The position numbers and the translations under genes were made by a program. A DNA stretch of 64,000 nucleotides from Actinomycetota bacterium (GTDB lineage: Bacteria > Actinomycetota > Acidimicrobiia > Acidimicrobiales > Ilumatobacteraceae): assembly GCA_005788205.1 (NCBI GenBank), contig SXYT01000076.1, forward strand, positions 3,760-67,759, in the 5' to 3' direction. The notes beneath the pieces are model-generated. The model made no database searches, had not been told where the DNA came from, and saw only the letters and a list, made by a program, of their open reading frames with translations. Below, one piece after another: positions 1 to 7,230 of the stretch (position 1 is its first letter; each line of letters starts with the position of its first letter).

Positions 1-273
1 GGACTGGTCACGCCGCGGGTCATCGGCGCCGTTGCCGCCCGGCCGTGGTTGTGGACGACCGCTGTCAGCCAGGTGTTCCGCTTGGCGCGGAGGGGCTGGT
101 GGCACCGGCCGCCGTTTCTCCCGCTGCCCGGTGCCGCGTACCTGGAGTTCCGCCTGACGACCCAGTACGGCGGGGGCGAGGTCCGCGCCGGACGGCGTGC
201 GTCCGCCACGGATGTGGTGGACTATCTGACATGGTGCAGGAACTGGGACAAATCCGCAGGGCGGTCGCGATGA
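1..273 (+). CDS. 3-prime end of an unidentified protein-coding gene (partial, continues upstream of the window)
   Basis: Frame 1 is open from the window edge to TGA at 271-273. Third codon positions are strongly G/C-biased, as in neighbouring genes. I recognise no motif. Confidence 0.35.
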   Translation, partial: GLVTPRVIGAVAARPWLWTTAVSQVFRLARRGWWHRPPFLPLPGAAYLEFRLTTQYGGGEVRAGRRASATDVVDYLTWCRNWDKSAGRSR

Positions 274-337
274 TGTCGCGCCTGGCCCACGCGTCCTGCC
301 TGACGACCGCAAGTACGACCGGCGTGCGGAGATAGCA

Positions 338-835
338 ATGCGGAGCGCGCTCGTACTAAACGCCACGTACGAACCGCTCAGCGTCGTGTCATCCCGTCGT
401 GCGATCTGTCTCGTCCTGTGCGACAAGGCGGACATCGTCGAGGACGACGGCTCCACCGTGCACTCGGAGCGGCTGACAATGGCGGCCCCGCTCGTGATTC
501 GTCTGAGGTACGTGGTGAAGGTGCCCTACAACCGGCACACGGCCATGTCCCGTCGTGCAGTGTTCGCGCGGGACAACCATCGGTGCGGTTACTGCGGGGG
601 CCACGCCGACTCCATCGACCACGTTCTGCCGCGGTCACGTGGCGGCAAGAACGTGTGGGAGAACGTCATCGCGGCGTGTCGGCCCTGCAACCTCAACAAG
701 AGGGACAGGACCCCCGAGGAAGCAGGCATGCGCCTCCACAACCACCCACGGGCGCCGCGCGAGCTGTCGTGGATCGTGTTCGCAGTGCCGCGGGTGCCGG
801 AGGAGTGGAAGCCCTACCTGGCGCAGGCGAGTTGA
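338..835 (+). CDS. HNH endonuclease family protein
   Basis: 165-aa ORF with an ATG start. HNH signature: HRCGYCGG...DHVLPRSRGG...N..IAACRPCNLNKRD (two Cys pairs plus catalytic His/Asn). Confidence 0.8.
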   Translation: MRSALVLNATYEPLSVVSSRRAICLVLCDKADIVEDDGSTVHSERLTMAAPLVIRLRYVVKVPYNRHTAMSRRAVFARDNHRCGYCGGHADSIDHVLPRSRGGKNVWENVIAACRPCNLNKRDRTPEEAGMRLHNHPRAPRELSWIVFAVPRVPEEWKPYLAQAS

Positions 836-853
836 GCGCCCCGAGCTGTCGTC

Positions 854-1507
854 GTGGCTGAGTGGAAGACGCAGCGTTGGGAGGGCCCGGCGGGGGAGTT
901 TCACGGGTCAGACCCAGAGCCGGTGCGTGCCGTCAGATGGGTGAGGGTCTCCCGCCCCGCGATCGTCCTCGGGTCGACCCAGCCCGCCGCTGACATCGAC
1001 GTGGCCGCAGCCGGGCGTCTTGGTATCGACGTGGCGAGGAGGCGCAGCGGGGGAGGTGCGGTGTACCTGCACCCGGACGATTCGGTGTGGGTCGACATCA
1101 CCATCCCCCACGATGACGAACTCTGGGTCGACGACGTCACCCGGAGCATGCTCTGGGTCGGTGCCGCGTTCACCTCCGTTCTCGGGCAGTCGTTCCCGGT
1201 CGGAGCCGTCGCCGTGCATGACGGACCGTTCAGTGCGGGGGTGCTGGCGCGTGCCTATTGCTTTGCTGGTCTTGCGCCGGGCGAGGTGACTGCGGGGGGT
1301 GCCAAGCTCGTCGGGGTCAGCCAACGACGAGGGCGCGACGGTGCGCGGATGCAGTGCGTGGTGTATCGCCAGCTCGACCCGGCTGCCTTCGCGCCGTGCT
1401 TCGCGGACGGGGAGATCTCGTCGGCCGTGCGCGAGGTGCCGGTTGCGGTCGCACCGGTCGCACCGTCAGCGCTTCTCGACGACCTTCTCGCCGTCCTGGC
1501 GCGCTGA
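854..1507 (+). CDS. Biotin/lipoate A/B protein ligase (BPL/LplA) family protein, function uncertain
   Basis: 217-aa ORF. RRRSGGGAVYLH and GGAKLVGVSQRR resemble the LplA-type catalytic core with its conserved lysine. The family call is from memory only. Confidence 0.5.
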   Translation: MAEWKTQRWEGPAGEFHGSDPEPVRAVRWVRVSRPAIVLGSTQPAADIDVAAAGRLGIDVARRRSGGGAVYLHPDDSVWVDITIPHDDELWVDDVTRSMLWVGAAFTSVLGQSFPVGAVAVHDGPFSAGVLARAYCFAGLAPGEVTAGGAKLVGVSQRRGRDGARMQCVVYRQLDPAAFAPCFADGEISSAVREVPVAVAPVAPSALLDDLLAVLAR

Positions 1508-1652
1508 GTCCCTCCCTCGCGCGGGGCGGGGTCACCCCATCGTCAGCGTTGCCTTCACTGCCGATTGGTGCTCACGCATCGGCCGCACAACCCGCCTTTC
1601 GTGAACCCCGCGACCGTGTCAGCCCTGTTCTGGTCGGGGAGGTGGGGGGAAG

Positions 1653-1697
1653 AGTGGCGCAAAGTGGGGTCAAGTGGTTGACAGTGGGGAGTAGTGG
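1653..1697 (+). promoter_or_regulatory. Array of five direct AGTGG repeats at an exact 10-bp period; candidate MraZ operator
   Basis: AGTGG at 1653, 1663, 1673, 1683 and 1693 (AGTGGcgcaaAGTGGggtcaAGTGGttgacAGTGGggagtAGTGGggcta). The array lies about 55-100 bp upstream of the mraZ start. Confidence 0.6.
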
Positions 1698-1706
1698 GGC
1701 TAATGT
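1678..1706 (+). promoter_or_regulatory. Sigma-70/SigA-type promoter of the dcw cluster (TTGACA-17 bp-TAATGT)
   Basis: Perfect -35 TTGACA at 1678-1683, a 17-bp spacer, and a -10-like TAATGT at 1701-1706. It sits inside the AGTGG array and upstream of mraZ. Confidence 0.55.
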
Positions 1707-1710
1707 CACA

Positions 1711-1741
1711 CCCTGACAGGGCGGTCTTCGCCCGGTCAGGG
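1711..1741 (+). promoter_or_regulatory. Stem-loop in the mraZ leader (13-position stem with one A.G mismatch, loop GTCTT); the 3-prime arm runs into the SD
   Basis: CCCTGACAGGGCG-GTCTT-CGCCCGGTCAGGG. The SD-like GGGAGG (1739-1744) shares its first three G with the 3-prime arm. The GTG start is at 1752. Confidence 0.5.
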
Positions 1742-1751
1742 AGGCGGAGAA

Positions 1752-2168
1752 GTGTTCGTTGGGGCGCACGAGAGGCAGCTCGACCCGAAGGGTCGCATCG
1801 CCCTGCCCGCGCCGTACCGCCCCCGACTCGAGCCCCGCTGTTATCTCGCCTTCGGCCGGGACAAGTGCATCGACGTGATGACCGCCGAGGCCTTCGAGCT
1901 CCTCGGCCAGGAGGCTGTCGAGAAAGTGAAGAAGGGCGAGATGAGCCGTGCCGAGCAGCGCGCCCTGGCCTTCAACTCCGTCGAAGTCGTGATCGATGCC
2001 CAGGGCAGGATCAACCTCTCCGAGGAGTTCCGCGCCTATGCGGGGCTCATGCTCAATTCCAGGATCGTCGTGGCCGGCTCGTTCGACCGCGTCGAGATCT
2101 GGGACCCCGCCCGTTACGAGCGCGTTGCGCTCGAGGGCACCGAACAGATCGCAGGAGCGGACGCGTGA
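1752..2168 (+). CDS. mraZ: Transcriptional regulator MraZ
   Basis: 138 aa. N-terminus (M)FVGAHERQLDPKGRIALPAPYR and second repeat DAQGRINLSEEFR are the duplicated MraZ/SpoVT-AbrB motifs. It is the first gene of the dcw cluster. Confidence 0.95.
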   Translation: MFVGAHERQLDPKGRIALPAPYRPRLEPRCYLAFGRDKCIDVMTAEAFELLGQEAVEKVKKGEMSRAEQRALAFNSVEVVIDAQGRINLSEEFRAYAGLMLNSRIVVAGSFDRVEIWDPARYERVALEGTEQIAGADA

Positions 2169-2341
2169 TCCATCATGGCGCCAACTCCCGCACAACACAC
2201 CGAGGACCTTCGGTCTTCGGCAGTCTCCCGGACGACACGGTGGTCAGCTCCAACTCCGCCCGCTGTCATCGCGTCTGCACCGGGGAGAAATCCGGGCAGC
2301 ATTTGCCGTCCGGGAGGCTGCCGAGGGCCGAGGGATGCCCG

Positions 2342-3289
2342 ATGAGCAACGGGTTCTCCCATGCCCCGGTCATGCTCGAGGAGATCCTCGGGGTGTTTCA
2401 GGGGATGGATACCGGCGTCTTCGTCGACGCCACGCTCGGTGGGGCCGGCCATGCGGCCGCCGTGCTGGCCGCGCACCCCGGTGTGACACTTCTCGGCATC
2501 GACCAGGACGATGCGGCGCTCGCCGCCGCGGCGTCCCGTCTGGATGCGGCAGGTCTTGGCGGGCGCGCCGCCCTCCGGCGCGCCCGCGTCGAAACCGTGG
2601 GTCAAGTGGTGGAAGGAGAGGGCATCGGCGTGGTGGCCGGTGCCCTCTTCGACCTCGGCGTGTCCTCACCCCAGTTCGACGTCGCCGAGCGGGGTTTCTC
2701 CTACAGGCACGATGCCGCCCTCGACATGCGGATGGACAGGTCGCGCACCCTCACGGCCGCGACCGTCGTCAACACCTATGACACCGACTCCCTCGCACGG
2801 ATCATCGGTGAGAACTCCGACGAACGGTTTGCCGGCCGCATTGCCCGCGCCATCGTGGCGAACAGGCCTGTCCGCGGGACCGCCCACCTGTCCGAGATCG
2901 TGACCGCGGCGATTCCTGCCGCGACACGCCGCCGCGGCGGGCACCCCGCCACGCGCACGGTCCAGGCCCTGCGCATCGAGGTGAACCAGGAACTCGAGAT
3001 TCTTCCCGGCGCGCTCAGTGCGGCAATCGCGGTGCTGGCGCCGGGCGCCCGGCTCGCCGTGCTCTCGTACCATTCGGGCGAGGACCGCATCGTCAAGTCC
3101 GTGATGCGCGACGCCGAGACGGGCGGGTGCACCTGCCGGCCGGGCCTCCCGTGCGGATGCGGGGCAGTGCCCACCGTGCGCAGGGTGAGGGCAAGCCGTG
3201 AGGCGACGCCGGCCGAGACCGCCGCGAACCCGCGGGCCGCATCTGCACGCCTCCGCGTCGTGGAAAAGACCGAGGGTGCGGTCCGCTGA
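2342..3289 (+). CDS. rsmH: 16S rRNA (cytosine1402-N4)-methyltransferase RsmH
   Basis: An internal ATG at 2342 gives MSNGFSHAPVMLEEILGVF...DATLGGAGHA...DLGVSSPQFD..RGFS, the typical RsmH/MraW motifs. The upstream part of the long ORF 1694-3289 overlaps mraZ and is Arg-rich junk. Confidence 0.93.
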   Translation: MSNGFSHAPVMLEEILGVFQGMDTGVFVDATLGGAGHAAAVLAAHPGVTLLGIDQDDAALAAAASRLDAAGLGGRAALRRARVETVGQVVEGEGIGVVAGALFDLGVSSPQFDVAERGFSYRHDAALDMRMDRSRTLTAATVVNTYDTDSLARIIGENSDERFAGRIARAIVANRPVRGTAHLSEIVTAAIPAATRRRGGHPATRTVQALRIEVNQELEILPGALSAAIAVLAPGARLAVLSYHSGEDRIVKSVMRDAETGGCTCRPGLPCGCGAVPTVRRVRASREATPAETAANPRAASARLRVVEKTEGAVR

Positions 3290-3744
3290 TGGCGCTCGCA
3301 CTACGACTTGCATCGGTCCTGCCCGACAGGGACGGGACACGCCTCACTCTCGTGCCGGCGCGCACCAGGAGGCTGCCCCTGCCCATCGTGATGACGTGCC
3401 TCGTCATCATCAGCATGTTCGCGGTGGTGACCCTGACCACGCACATGGCGAGCCAGCAGATGCGGATCGACAGGCTCAACACCGACATCATCCGTGCGAG
3501 GAACAACTACGACAAGCTCCGCGCCGAGCGGGCGAGGTTCCAGTCCCCCCAGTACCTCACGGACCGCGCGAAGTCGATGGGCATGGTGCCGGGAACCCAG
3601 ACGAGAATGGTCGAGGTGCCGGTGGATGCCGCAGTCCTCGTCGCGACGGGGGTCGGCAAGGTCGACTCCGACGTGGCTGACTCGAGGGAGAGCCCGCTGG
3701 ATGAGTTCGGCCGGATGAAGCGCACCGGCGGGGCCGCCCCGTGA
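3289..3744 (+). CDS. ftsL: FtsL-like cell division protein (single N-terminal TM helix plus coiled coil)
   Basis: 151 aa. It has a TM segment (LPIVMTCLVIISMFAVVTLTT) followed by a heptad-like region (RIDRLNTDIIRARNNYDKLRAERARF). It occupies the canonical position between rsmH and ftsI, and its ATG overlaps the rsmH stop. Confidence 0.6.
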   Translation: MALALRLASVLPDRDGTRLTLVPARTRRLPLPIVMTCLVIISMFAVVTLTTHMASQQMRIDRLNTDIIRARNNYDKLRAERARFQSPQYLTDRAKSMGMVPGTQTRMVEVPVDAAVLVATGVGKVDSDVADSRESPLDEFGRMKRTGGAAP

Positions 3745-5783
3745 CCGCGCCGGCGGGGATCCGGCGCGGCAGTCGTTCACACGGCAATGCGCGCACACGT
3801 GACACGTCTGTCCCGGGGCGGACGCAATCGTCCCGCAAGCCGGCGTCGCGGCAGTCGACTGCGTCATCGCGGCAGTCGACTGCGAATGCCGCAGCGCGCC
3901 GTCCCGCGTCGCGTCCGTCAGGTCGCGGGTCGTCCTCGCACGCCCGCGGCGGGTCGACGCACGACCGCAGGCCCCCGGCCCGCCCGGTCCGCCCCACCCG
4001 CCACGTCCGTCCTGCCGTCAGCCTGAAGAAGGAATCCCAGGAGGTGGACCAGCGAATGCGCGACCGTCTGCGCTGGGTCGTCATTCTCGTGGTGTTCGCG
4101 ATGGCCTGTCTCGTGGTCCGCGTGGCGATGCTGAAGACCGTCGACCGTTCCGGCTACCTGGAGGCGAGCATCGACCAGCGCACCCGCGTGAACACGCTGC
4201 GCGCCAGCAGGGGAGTGATCTTCGACCGCAACGGGCACGAACTCGCGCTCTCCGTGCCGACGAACACGCTGTGGGCGGACCCGAGGGCGATCATCGACCC
4301 GCCGGCCACTGCCCGTGCCATCGCGGGAATGCTCGGGATGAGCCCGCAGGATGAGGCTGCACTCGCAGAGCGCCTGTCGCGCAGCGGCCAGAAGTTCTCC
4401 TATGTCGCGCGTGAACTGTCGAAGGACGTGGTGAAGTCGGTGCTGGCGCTGAATCTCACGGGCATCTACTCGTACATCGAGCCTGCCCGTGTCGTGGAGA
4501 GCGGGGCTGCGCAGGCGCTCATCGGCACGACGGACCCCGACGGCCTCGGCACATCGGGTCTCGAGCTGCAGTACGACACCGTCCTCACCGGTGCCGACGG
4601 GACGCAGGTGCGCCAGGTCGACAACCAGGGCCGTTCGATCGCCGGCGAGGGCAGCATCACGAACCAACCCGTGCCCGGTGACGACCTTGTGCTCTCCATC
4701 GACAGGACGATCCAGTACCAGATGGACGCGGCGGTCATCGCCCGGGTTGAGCGACTGTCAGCGAAGGGCGGCACGGCGATCGCAATCGATTCCCGCACCG
4801 GCGAGATCATCGCGATGTCGAACGTGAAGCGTCGTGCGGACGGCACCGTGGCGGTCGCACAGGGGAACCTCGCGGCAGTCGAGGCCTACGAACCGGGCTC
4901 CGTCGCGAAGGTCTTCAGCGTCAGCGCGGCGGTCAACGAGGGCATGGTCGGGCCGTCCACCGTGCTCCGGGTCCCCGGGGTCGTGCGCATCGATGACTTC
5001 ACGATCCGCGACGCGTGGCCGCACGGACCGATCGACATGTCGGTGCGGGGGATCCTGAGCGAGAGTTCCAACATCGGCACGATGATGGTGGCCGAGAAGA
5101 TTCCGTTCACGAAGCTCCATGACTACCTGTCGGCGTTCGGCTTCGGCAGACACTCAGGGCTCCAGTACCCGGGCGAGAGCCGCGGTTCCCTGAAGTCGGT
5201 CAAGAAGACCTACGGCACAGAGCGCTCCACGGTGTCCTACGGGTACGGATTCTCCTCGACTGCGCTGCAGATGGTGAGCGCCTTCAACGCCGTCGCAAAC
5301 GGGGGTACGTTCGTGGAGCCCCGCCTCGTCACCGCGACCATCGACCGCGCGGGCAGGAGGCAGGAGATGGAGCCGTCGAAGACACGCAAGGTCATCGAGC
5401 CGGCCACTGCCGCCGTCCTGACCGACATCCTGCGGGATGCGGTGTGCACGGGCACTGGCGAGAAGGCCAAGGTGAAGGGCATGGAGATCGCAGGCAAGAC
5501 GGGAACCGGCTACAAGCTGCAGGCAAACGGCACGTACAGCACCGATGCGGGCGGTCGCCGTTACTTCGCCTCATTCGTCGGGTTCTTCCCGGCACAGGCA
5601 CCGCGGGTGACGATGCTCGTGTCCATCGACGAGCCGAACTCGTCGTCGATCGACCGCTTCGGTGGCACGGCGGCCGCGCCGGTGTTCGCCCAGCTGGTGC
5701 CGACCATCATGAACGAATTCGGCATCGAGCCGACCGGGCCGGACGCCGGCTGTGACGGTCGCGCCGCGACTCTCGGCCACTGA
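3741..5783 (+). CDS. ftsI: Penicillin-binding protein FtsI/PbpB (class B transpeptidase)
   Basis: Transpeptidase motifs: SVAKVFS (SxxK), SESSN (SxN) and KTGTG. It has a TM helix (WVVILVVFAMACLVV). The long form starts at a GTG overlapping the ftsL stop and gives a 105-aa Arg/Ser-rich cytoplasmic tail like mycobacterial PbpB. An alternative start is ATG 4056, preceded by GGAGG. Confidence 0.9.
   Translation: MTAPAGIRRGSRSHGNARTRDTSVPGRTQSSRKPASRQSTASSRQSTANAAARRPASRPSGRGSSSHARGGSTHDRRPPARPVRPTRHVRPAVSLKKESQEVDQRMRDRLRWVVILVVFAMACLVVRVAMLKTVDRSGYLEASIDQRTRVNTLRASRGVIFDRNGHELALSVPTNTLWADPRAIIDPPATARAIAGMLGMSPQDEAALAERLSRSGQKFSYVARELSKDVVKSVLALNLTGIYSYIEPARVVESGAAQALIGTTDPDGLGTSGLELQYDTVLTGADGTQVRQVDNQGRSIAGEGSITNQPVPGDDLVLSIDRTIQYQMDAAVIARVERLSAKGGTAIAIDSRTGEIIAMSNVKRRADGTVAVAQGNLAAVEAYEPGSVAKVFSVSAAVNEGMVGPSTVLRVPGVVRIDDFTIRDAWPHGPIDMSVRGILSESSNIGTMMVAEKIPFTKLHDYLSAFGFGRHSGLQYPGESRGSLKSVKKTYGTERSTVSYGYGFSSTALQMVSAFNAVANGGTFVEPRLVTATIDRAGRRQEMEPSKTRKVIEPATAAVLTDILRDAVCTGTGEKAKVKGMEIAGKTGTGYKLQANGTYSTDAGGRRYFASFVGFFPAQAPRVTMLVSIDEPNSSSIDRFGGTAAAPVFAQLVPTIMNEFGIEPTGPDAGCDGRAATLGH
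3846..3884. repeat. Two copies of an 18-bp direct repeat (TCGCGGCAGTCGACTGCG), each containing the perfect 12-bp palindrome GCAGTCGACTGC, with a 21-bp period
   Basis: Read directly. The copies are at 3846-3863 and 3867-3884. The palindromes are at 3851-3862 and 3872-3883. Confidence 0.9.
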
Positions 5784-7230
5784 CGGGGCGCCCGTGTCCC
5801 GCCGTTCCGTCGAACCCGCCACGGCATCAGCGGTGGCCACCCTCGCGGGAGGGTCGGTCGCTGCTGGCGACCGAGGGGCGAGCGTCACGGGCCTGTCTGA
5901 TGACTCGCGCACGGTGGCCGCGGGCGACATTTTCTTCTGCATCCGCGGTGAGTCGACCGATGGGCACGACGCGGCCGCCGCGGCGGTGTCGGCCGGTGCC
6001 TCGGCGCTCGTCGTCGACCATGTCCTGGACGGCGTGCCGAGTGCGGTCGCCCAGATCGTCGTGCCCGACGTGAGAGCCTCCGTGGGTCCCGTCGCCGCGG
6101 CACTCACGGGGAACCCCGCCTCGCACCTGCGGATGGTGGCGGTGACGGGAACGAACGGCAAGACCTCGACGGCGCGGTTCATCGCCGACATCCTCAATGC
6201 AGCGGGGCAGAGCACGGAGGTGATCGGGACGCTCTCGGGTGTGCGGACCACCCCGGAGCCGGTCGAGATCCACGGGCTGCTGGCAGATGCCGTCACTGCG
6301 GGCATCGACACCGTGGTCATGGAGGTGTCGTCGCACGCACTCGTCCTCTGCCGGGTCGACGGCATCGTCTTCGACGTTGCCGTGTTCACGAACCTGTCGC
6401 GTGACCACCTGGACTTCCACGGGACCATGCAGGACTACTTCGCCGCGAAGGCATCCCTGTTCACCCCCTTGCGCACGCGTGCCGCGGTGGTGAACACGGG
6501 GGATGAGCACGGACGCAGGATCGCGGAGGCGTGCTCGGTCCCACTCGTCACCTACTCCATCGCCGACGCACAGGGACTCGACGTCGGCGCGGACAGCATG
6601 ACGTTCGTGTGGCGCGGTGCACGCGTGGAGGCCCCGGTCGGCGGACGGTTCATGGCTGAGAACGTCATCGCGGCGGCAAGCGCCGCCGTGGCGTGCGGTA
6701 TCGACGCAGCCACCGCCGCCGGCGCGTGCTCCGCACTCGAGCCGGTTCCCGGCAGGCACGAGTCCGTGCCCACAGGTGCGGATTACTCCGTGATCGTCGA
6801 CTACGCCCACACGCCGGAGGCGCTCACAATGTTGCTCGCATCCGTGCGCGCAGTCGCGAAGGGCCGTGTCATCGTCGTGTTCGGGTGCGGAGGGGACCGT
6901 GACCGCGGGAAGAGACCGGAGATGGGTGCGGCTGCCGCGGCCGGCGCGGATGTCGTCATCGTCACGTCCGACAACCCCCGCGGAGAGTCTCCCGGCGCGG
7001 TCATCGATGACATCACTGCAGGAATCCACGGCACTTCTGCCCAGGTGGAGACGCAGCAGGACAGGGCGGCGGCGATTGCATCCGCCATCGGGCGCACCCG
7101 AAGTGGTGACATAGTGGTCATTGCAGGGAAGGGCCACGAGCCCTACCAGGAGGTGGCGGGCGTTCTCGTGCCGTTCTCCGACGTGGAAGTCGCGCGGGTC
7201 GCGATCGAGGGAAGGAGCACAGCGCGGTGA
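5752..7230 (+). CDS. murE: UDP-N-acetylmuramoyl-L-alanyl-D-glutamate--2,6-diaminopimelate ligase MurE
   Basis: 492 aa. Mur ligase P-loop VTGTNGKTST, DYAHTPEAL, and GCGGDRDRGKRP followed by the DNPR motif (TSDNPRGE) typical of meso-DAP-adding MurE. Confidence 0.92.
   Translation: MTVAPRLSATDGAPVSRRSVEPATASAVATLAGGSVAAGDRGASVTGLSDDSRTVAAGDIFFCIRGESTDGHDAAAAAVSAGASALVVDHVLDGVPSAVAQIVVPDVRASVGPVAAALTGNPASHLRMVAVTGTNGKTSTARFIADILNAAGQSTEVIGTLSGVRTTPEPVEIHGLLADAVTAGIDTVVMEVSSHALVLCRVDGIVFDVAVFTNLSRDHLDFHGTMQDYFAAKASLFTPLRTRAAVVNTGDEHGRRIAEACSVPLVTYSIADAQGLDVGADSMTFVWRGARVEAPVGGRFMAENVIAAASAAVACGIDAATAAGACSALEPVPGRHESVPTGADYSVIVDYAHTPEALTMLLASVRAVAKGRVIVVFGCGGDRDRGKRPEMGAAAAAGADVVIVTSDNPRGESPGAVIDDITAGIHGTSAQVETQQDRAAAIASAIGRTRSGDIVVIAGKGHEPYQEVAGVLVPFSDVEVARVAIEGRSTAR

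Noticed and set aside
1694-2341. N-terminal 216-codon extension of the rsmH ORF (531-aa version)
   Set aside because: It overlaps the whole of mraZ in another frame and is Arg/Pro-rich nonsense. The conserved RsmH N-terminus begins at ATG 2342.
4056-4058. ATG 4056 (GGAGG 11 nt upstream) as the ftsI start instead of GTG 3741
   Set aside because: It is not fully rejected. The long form was kept because GTG 3741 overlaps the ftsL stop, as at other junctions here. The resulting 680-aa protein, with an Arg/Ser-rich cytoplasmic tail, also mirrors mycobacterial PbpB. Proteomics or Ribo-seq is needed to decide.
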